Source: an uncultured Arcobacter sp. (lineage in GTDB: Bacteria; Campylobacterota; Campylobacteria; Campylobacterales; Arcobacteraceae). From it: 64,000 nucleotides of DNA. Position 1 is the stretch's first letter, and the number at the start of each line of letters is the position of its first letter. The stretch lies in contig OZ223300.1 of NCBI GenBank assembly GCA_965140705.1, positions 1,120,001 to 1,184,000 of the forward strand, written 5' to 3'. A program made the translations under genes and the position numbers. The notes beneath the pieces were generated by a model, which saw nothing but the letters and a program-made list of their open reading frames with translations, did no database searches and was not told the DNA's origin. Shown in pieces: positions 58,510 through 64,000 of this stretch.

Positions 58510-60417
58510 ATGTATTCTATTAATGATTTAAAAATGGATAAAAAAATTATTTTAGCTCCTTTTTTTGTAACTTTGATGTTAAGTGTTATTGCATTATTTT
58601 CAATTAGTGCTTTAAAATCTGATAAAAATATATTAACTGAAATAGTTGAAGTAAAATTTCAAACTTATATGGATAGTAATAATTTTTTAAAAGATATTAA
58701 TATCTTAAATAGTGTCTTGTATAAGGTTTTTAGTTATGTATCAAGTGGAATTGAAAAATCAAAAGTTGACAAAGAGATAGTAGTTTTAAAAAGTCTACAA
58801 GAAAAAATAAATAAAGAGATAAAAGATATCAATAAGTCAACTTTTTTAGATGAAAAAAATAAAAAGATTTTTAAATCAATTCAACAAGATTTAGAAGAGT
58901 ATAATAGGGCTTTAGATGGTGCTTTGACAATGTTGAAAATTTCATCATCTCAAACAGTACCAGGTCAGCCAGTAAATATGAGTATGTCCATGCCAATGCT
59001 ATTTGTTACAGATAATTTGTTTATAAAAATTAATGATACGATTAAAAACGTTAGTAATGAAGCTGGGAATCAAAATAAAATTACATATAAAGAGTCTTTG
59101 AATAAAATAGATAAAACCTTATATGTTTTATATGTAATTATTTTTATTTCACTTATATCTTCTATATTAATTAGTACTTTTGTTACCAATTCAATAAAAA
59201 AACCTTTACAAAAATTTCAAGAGGGATTACTAGGTTTTTTTAGATACATTAATGGAGAAACGACTGATGTAACCTTAATTAAATTAAAGGGTAGTGATGA
59301 ATTATGTGAAATGGCAACAAGTATAAATAATAATATTGAAAAAACTAAAATTACAATGGAAGAAGATAAAAAGTTAGTAAATAATGCAATTGATTCTGTA
59401 AATAGAGCTAAACTTGGATTTTTTGATACAAGAATCATGGGAGATTCCTCAAATACTGTTTTAAATGAATTAAAAAATTTAATAAATGAGCTATTAAGTG
59501 AGATTGATTTAAATATTAAACATGCAAGTGAAGTATTGTCTAAGTATTCTAAGTATGATTATACTTCACGTATTGATATATCAAAAATAGATGGAGATCT
59601 AAAATCCCTTTGTGACGATATAAATATACTAGGTGATGCTGTTACAACTATGTTAGTAGATAATAAGAATGTTGGAACAATTTTATCAACAAATGCAAAT
59701 ACCCTATCTTCTAATGTTAGTGATTTAACAAATTCAACTAATTATCAAGCAGATGGACTTAAAAGTATAGCAACTTCAATAGAAGAGATAACTGCTAATA
59801 TGAGAAAGAGTAGTAGTTCTGTTACTGAAATGGCGTCATATACTGATTTTGTTGCTAGCTCTGTTTTTGAGGGACAAGAGTTGGCAAATAAAACCTCTTT
59901 ATCAATGAATGAAATTAATACCCAAACAAATTCAATAGCAAGTGCTATTGATATTATTGAAGAGATTGCATTTCAAACAAATATTTTATCACTAAATGCA
60001 GCAGTTGAAGCGGCAACTGCAGGGGAAGCAGGGAAAGGATTTGCTGTAGTTGCAGCTGAAGTTAGAAATTTGGCAACAAGAAGTGCTGATGCAGCAAAAG
60101 AGATTAAAAGTTTAGTTGAAAATGCAACAAATAAAGCAGATGAAGGTAAAGTTATTTCTGATGAAATGATTGATGGTTATGAAAAACTTAATTTAAATAT
60201 TAGTAAAACATTAGAACTGATTGAGAATGTATCTTCTTCTTTTCAATTGCAATTTGATGAAATGGTACAAATTAATGATTCTATTACTAATTTAGAAAAA
60301 ATAACAAAACAAAATGTTATAGTATCAAATAATACAAATGAAGTTGCATTGGTTGTAAATAAAATAGCTGATGAAGTAGTATCTAAGATTGAAGATAAAA
60401 ACTTTAATGGAAAATAG
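58510..60417 (+). CDS. Methyl-accepting chemotaxis protein
   Basis: Two TM segments, periplasmic helical domain, [37 protein letters not shown]. Confidence 0.95.
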   Translation: MYSINDLKMDKKIILAPFFVTLMLSVIALFSISALKSDKNILTEIVEVKFQTYMDSNNFLKDINILNSVLYKVFSYVSSGIEKSKVDKEIVVLKSLQEKINKEIKDINKSTFLDEKNKKIFKSIQQDLEEYNRALDGALTMLKISSSQTVPGQPVNMSMSMPMLFVTDNLFIKINDTIKNVSNEAGNQNKITYKESLNKIDKTLYVLYVIIFISLISSILISTFVTNSIKKPLQKFQEGLLGFFRYINGETTDVTLIKLKGSDELCEMATSINNNIEKTKITMEEDKKLVNNAIDSVNRAKLGFFDTRIMGDSSNTVLNELKNLINELLSEIDLNIKHASEVLSKYSKYDYTSRIDISKIDGDLKSLCDDINILGDAVTTMLVDNKNVGTILSTNANTLSSNVSDLTNSTNYQADGLKSIATSIEEITANMRKSSSSVTEMASYTDFVASSVFEGQELANKTSLSMNEINTQTNSIASAIDIIEEIAFQTNILSLNAAVEAATAGEAGKGFAVVAAEVRNLATRSADAAKEIKSLVENATNKADEGKVISDEMIDGYEKLNLNISKTLELIENVSSSFQLQFDEMVQINDSITNLEKITKQNVIVSNNTNEVALVVNKIADEVVSKIEDKNFNGK

Positions 60418-60460
60418 AATAAAATTACTGAAAGATTACTGAATATTAAGGAAAAAGTAG

Positions 60461-61057
60461 ATGCAAAAACTTATTGATACGTTAAAATCTTGTGGTTATG
60501 ATCCACACTTTGTTCAGACAAAAGAGGAAGCTTTTGATTTAGCTAAAACTTTTATAAAAGAGGGTATGAAAGTGGGACTTGGAGGTTCTGTTACTGTTGG
60601 AGAAATAGGCTTACTTGATTATTTGGCAAATAAAAAAGATATAACTTTATATAACCAATATGAACTTGGTATTTCAATGGAAGAAAATACAGAAAGAAGA
60701 AGACAAGGACTAGTTTCAGATATCTTTGTTACAGGAATAAATGCTTTAACAAAAGATGGGGAAATAGTAAATGCTGATGGAAGTGGAAATAGAGTAGCTG
60801 CCTTTTGTTTTGGTCCTAAAAAGATATTAGCAATAGTGGGTGTAAATAAAATCGTTGAAAATTTAGAAGATGGTTTTAAAAGAGTTATGGAAGTAGCTGC
60901 TGTTAAAAACATAGATAGAATGAATAAAAAAGCAATAGAGATGGGAAAAGAACCAAAACAAAATTTAAATACTATTGCCAATAAATTTACTTGGGTAAAA
61001 GCTGATGAAAAAGATAGAATCACAATTATTCTTATAAATGAAGAGTTGGGATACTAA
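60461..61057 (+). CDS. LUD-domain (LutC/YkgG-like) lactate utilisation protein
   Basis: GGSVT, NALTKDGEIVNADGSGNRV, VGVNKIV, EELGY. Confidence 0.85.
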   Translation: MQKLIDTLKSCGYDPHFVQTKEEAFDLAKTFIKEGMKVGLGGSVTVGEIGLLDYLANKKDITLYNQYELGISMEENTERRRQGLVSDIFVTGINALTKDGEIVNADGSGNRVAAFCFGPKKILAIVGVNKIVENLEDGFKRVMEVAAVKNIDRMNKKAIEMGKEPKQNLNTIANKFTWVKADEKDRITIILINEELGY

Positions 61058-61058
61058 A

Positions 61059-62246
61059 ATGCATGATTATTTAATAATTGGTGCTGGAATTATTGGGCTT
61101 AATATTGCCAAAAATTTAAAAGAGAGATTCCCCGATAGTAAAATTTTAGTTATAGAAAAAGAGCCTGAAGTTGCAATGCATAGTAGTGGTAGAAACTCAG
61201 GTGTTTTACATGCTGGTTTTTATTACACTGCAAATTCTTTAAAAGCTAAGTTTACAAAAGAGGGTAATCTTGCCCTTAAAAAGTTTTGTAAAGAGAGAAA
61301 TCTAAAATTAAATGAGTGTAAAAAAGTAGTAGTAGCCACAAATGAAGATGAATTAATTGGATTATTGGAGTTAAAAAATAGAGGTGATGCAAATGGAGTT
61401 GAGCTTCAATGGTTAAGAGAAGAAGAACTAAATACCCTCTATCCTAATGTAAAAACCTATGAAAAAGCACTTCTTTGTCCAAGTACAGCAACTGTAAATC
61501 CAAAAGAAGTGACAAAAGAGTTTGCAAAAGTTATACAAGAGCTAGGAGTTGAGTTACTTTTAGATTGTAAATATATCTCTTCAAGTAAAGATGCAGTTCT
61601 TACAAGTAAGGGTGAGTTTTATGCTAAAAAAGTGATAAATTGTGCAGGTTTATATGCTGATAAAATAGCAAGGGATTATGGCTTTTCAAAAGATTATGTA
61701 ATTATTCCTTTTAAAGGTGTATATTTAAAAGATAAAACAAATGTTTCTCAACTAAGAACAAATGTTTATCCAGTACCAAACTTGGCAAATCCTTTTTTGG
61801 GAGTTCATTATACTTTAACTGTGGATAATGAGAGTAAAATAGGACCAACAGCTATACCTGCTTTTTGGAGAGAAAATTATAAAGGTTTTGATAATTTTTC
61901 TTTGAAAGAGTTTTTGGAAGTTTCATATTATGAGTTAAAGCTTTTTATTACAGATGCTTTTTCTTTTAGAAGTTTAGCTTTTAGTGAGATAAAAAAGTAC
62001 AATTTCAAATACTTTAAAAATTTAGCGATGAAACTAACTAAAAATATGAATCACGATGGTTTTAATTCTTGGAGTACACCAGGAATAAGAGCACAACTAT
62101 TAAATAAACATACCTTAGAACTTGTACAAGATTTTGTAGTAGAATCAGATGAAAATTCAGTTCATGTACTAAATGCAGTTAGTCCTGCTTTTACCTCTTC
62201 AATTCCTTTTGCAAATTGGGTAGTTGAAGAGCATATCTTAAAATAA
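61059..62246 (+). CDS. lhgO: L-2-hydroxyglutarate oxidase (FAD-dependent)
   Basis: IIGAGIIG, SGRNSGVLHAG, NCAGLYAD, PFLGVH, GIRAQ, SPAFTS; start at MHDY. Confidence 0.85.
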   Translation: MHDYLIIGAGIIGLNIAKNLKERFPDSKILVIEKEPEVAMHSSGRNSGVLHAGFYYTANSLKAKFTKEGNLALKKFCKERNLKLNECKKVVVATNEDELIGLLELKNRGDANGVELQWLREEELNTLYPNVKTYEKALLCPSTATVNPKEVTKEFAKVIQELGVELLLDCKYISSSKDAVLTSKGEFYAKKVINCAGLYADKIARDYGFSKDYVIIPFKGVYLKDKTNVSQLRTNVYPVPNLANPFLGVHYTLTVDNESKIGPTAIPAFWRENYKGFDNFSLKEFLEVSYYELKLFITDAFSFRSLAFSEIKKYNFKYFKNLAMKLTKNMNHDGFNSWSTPGIRAQLLNKHTLELVQDFVVESDENSVHVLNAVSPAFTSSIPFANWVVEEHILK

Positions 62247-62270
62247 AAAAGAGCTCTTTTTTATTTTAAG
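62237..62270. terminator. 34-bp perfect palindrome joining convergent genes
   Basis: CTTAAAATAAAAAAGAG-CTCTTTTTTATTTTAAG overlaps both stop codons. Confidence 0.65.
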
Positions 62271-62826
62271 GTAATACTTCTTCTTTTACTTTTACACACT
62301 CATCATATACTTTATCAAGTAATTCTCTAGCTTTTTTTTCTCTTCTATATTCTCCAAAAAAGTATATTAAAGCAAGAGCACCCAATATATCAAAGGCTAA
62401 GGCAAACCATGCTTTCATAAGAACTGCATAAGTTCCCCAAGACAAAGTTGATACTAAAAGTAAAAGCTTCATTTTAAATGAATCTTTTGAAATAGTAGCC
62501 AAGGGTGTTGTAATAGATGCTAATACTAAAAATAATCCTTCATACTCTTTAAGACCTAAAAGTAAAAATATGGAAAAGAATGGAATAGAATAAAGAATTG
62601 CTTTTTCAAGTTTTCTATATTCTAAGGCTCCCACATAATACATAAGGGCTATGATAACTGATTGGTAAACACCATGTATTCCACCACTTTGATATAAATC
62701 AGGTATTATAAAAACAACTGATGTACCTAATAAAATTTTTGTTTTTATTAAATCTTTTATTGCCATTCCAATGGCATTTAAAACTATTGCTAATACGCCT
62801 AGCAGAGGCACCATAAAGGAAAACAT
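62266..62826 (-). CDS. YgjV-like inner membrane protein
   Basis: Multiple TM segments, charged C-terminal tail; family call is tentative. Confidence 0.55.
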   Translation of the reverse strand: MFSFMVPLLGVLAIVLNAIGMAIKDLIKTKILLGTSVVFIIPDLYQSGGIHGVYQSVIIALMYYVGALEYRKLEKAILYSIPFFSIFLLLGLKEYEGLFLVLASITTPLATISKDSFKMKLLLLVSTLSWGTYAVLMKAWFALAFDILGALALIYFFGEYRREKKARELLDKVYDECVKVKEEVLP

Positions 62827-62838
62827 GAAGTTTCCCTT

Positions 62839-63993
62839 TTAAAATTTAAAATTAGCTAATTTCATAAGTGATATGCTAACTGGTTTTATTAGCTTATCAT
62901 TGAAATCATAATGTACATTGTGGCAAGCTTTTTGATGTTTTTCAACTCCATCATCACTTCCTATAAGAGCAAAAGCTCCTGGGATTTTGTTTAAGTAATA
63001 ACTAAAATCTTCACTTGCCATAATTGGAGTTGCAATATTGCTTTGCCAGTTTTCACCTAAGGTGTCTTTTAATACTTCTCTCACCTTTGAAGCTTCCTCT
63101 TTATGATTGATTGTTGGTTGATATCTATCTCTTAAATCAATATCCACCTCTACATTATATGCTAGTGCAATCCCTTTTGATATCTCTTCTATTTGATTAA
63201 ATACTTTTGTTTTTAGTTCATTTGTTGGAACTCTAATACTTCCCTCAACCTTTGCATTATCGGGAATCACTGTTACTCCACTAATTGCATCTATTGATGT
63301 AACAGATACTACAACAGCATCTTGTGGTGCTACTTGTCTACTTGCGATTTGTTGTAGTGCCATAGTTAAAGCAGAAGCTGCAAGAACTGGGTCTTTACAA
63401 ATTTCAGGTTGAGAGGAGTGACCTCCCGAACCTTTAAGTGTAATATGAAAAGTTCCATTTCCAGCCATTACTGTACCCTCAGGACAAACAGCCTGACCAA
63501 ATTTAATAGCTGGCCAATTATGCCAACCAAAAATCATATCAACTCCATCTAAACATCCCTCTTCAATCATCTTTTTAGCTCCATGACCTCCCTCTTCAGC
63601 AGGTTGAAATATAAGAGATATTGGGTTTGTTAGTTTATCTTCATTTTGTTTTAACCAAATAGCAGCTGCCATTAAAGTTGCTGTATGACCATCATGTCCA
63701 CAAGCATGCATACATTGAGCTTTAACTGATTTATATGAAACATCAGTTTTCTCTTCTAATGGAAGAGCATCAATATCTCCCCTTAATGCTATATGAGGTC
63801 CCTCTTTATCTTGGGCAAGTAAGCCAACAGTTCCAGTTCCTGCATAAGTTTTATATGTAATATTATGCTTATCTAATATCTCTCTTATTGCCTTTGCGGT
63901 ATCTGTCTCTTCCCAAGTCAATTCGGGATTTTTATGTAAATTATGTCTAAAATTTGTAGCAAACTCTACTACTTCATCAAAATTATTATACAT
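62839..63993 (-). CDS. M20D amidohydrolase (hippurate hydrolase-like)
   Basis: HKNPEL, RGDIDALP, MHACGHDGH, FQPAEEG, GWHNWP, SEDF. Confidence 0.92.
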   Translation of the reverse strand: MYNNFDEVVEFATNFRHNLHKNPELTWEETDTAKAIREILDKHNITYKTYAGTGTVGLLAQDKEGPHIALRGDIDALPLEEKTDVSYKSVKAQCMHACGHDGHTATLMAAAIWLKQNEDKLTNPISLIFQPAEEGGHGAKKMIEEGCLDGVDMIFGWHNWPAIKFGQAVCPEGTVMAGNGTFHITLKGSGGHSSQPEICKDPVLAASALTMALQQIASRQVAPQDAVVVSVTSIDAISGVTVIPDNAKVEGSIRVPTNELKTKVFNQIEEISKGIALAYNVEVDIDLRDRYQPTINHKEEASKVREVLKDTLGENWQSNIATPIMASEDFSYYLNKIPGAFALIGSDDGVEKHQKACHNVHYDFNDKLIKPVSISLMKLANFKF

Positions 63994-64000
63994 ACCGACT

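Overview
Very AT-rich chromosomal window that looks like Campylobacterota, probably Arcobacteraceae. This is inferred from gene content and the AHQWRQPL-type kinase H-boxes. It holds about 65 CDSs: housekeeping genes (alr, uvrC, xth, argC, aspA, aldA, lhgO), many regulators, transporters and signalling proteins, and several accessory patches. I found no rRNA, tRNA, CRISPR array, transposase or integrase. The main unannotated feature is a ~510-600 bp non-coding, highly structured repeat present three times (9312-9818, 51838-52436, 54445-54974). Each copy has hairpin-built terminal inverted repeats and two oppositely oriented long stem-loop modules sharing AAAACTCAC/TCAAACA motifs. The copies show compensatory stem changes and mosaicism, and one carries a 33-34 bp mini-element inserted symmetrically into both ends. 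Two copies flank a three-gene TetR block like a composite transposon. The other copy sits just upstream of an integrase-less, two-cassette integron-like array (candidate attI plus two attC sites, 10086-11188). Smaller oddities include extreme G-over-C skew at gene ends next to these loci, a peroxiredoxin-like paralogue lacking its CxxC, a 61%-lysine microprotein, a J-domain/ADP-ribosylhydrolase pair and a response-regulator remnant. All calls come from reading the sequence by eye; no searches were run.
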